From assembly GCF_964213995.1 (NCBI RefSeq), contig NW_027590119.1:2170001-2234000 (forward strand): a stretch of 64,000 nucleotides of DNA, given 5' to 3'. This document shows, in pieces, positions 63,886 through 64,000 of this stretch. The first letter of the stretch is position 1. The number at the start of each line of letters is the position of its first letter. The position numbers were made by a program, and so were the translations under genes. This DNA is from Mustelus asterias. Its lineage: Eukaryota. The notes beneath the pieces are model-generated. The model had not been told where the DNA came from. It worked only from the letters and a program-made list of their open reading frames with translations, and made no database searches.

Positions 63886-64000
63886 ATCTGGATAAGGAAA
63901 TCAAATGTAACATGTCCTAAGCGGCTGGCGATATATAACTGTGAGCAATGAGGAGGATGCAGTGACTTGTGAGCTGTGAGGAGGATGCAAGGGTGTTCAA

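Overview
Eukaryotic, repeat-rich DNA from a cartilaginous fish (shark). The taxon is inferred from HE1-type and Deu-type SINEs, CR1/HER1-type LINEs and NAR-TCR genes. The window is part of the V region of the T-cell receptor alpha/delta locus. Positions 4.1-14.75 kb hold two NAR-TCR cassettes (leader, IgNAR-like V, J, leaderless supporting V-delta) as a tail-to-tail inverted duplication. The + cassette is a multiply inactivated pseudogene. The - cassette has open frames, but its supporting V has Trp in place of the first canonical Cys. Two features stand out. First, both NAR-like V segments carry a 12-bp-spacer RSS and face a 23-RSS J with no D between them, and each V has a long germline CDR3 tail, which suggests germline-joined V-D. 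Second, each supporting V is followed by a tandem 61-bp array of complete 23-RSSs (5 on +, 2 on -), and the two arrays meet at the inversion centre. Further along are one intact conventional TCR V alpha/delta segment (25.7-26.1 kb), three V pseudogenes and an orphan V-type promoter with an octamer. There is also a decayed tandem array of tRNA-Val-derived units, tRNA-Arg pseudogenes, a tRNA-Pro-like gene with an 18-nt insert at the canonical intron site, a degenerate ~27-28 bp minisatellite and many retroelements. No D, conventional J or C exons were found. All calls are by eye; repeat boundaries are approximate.
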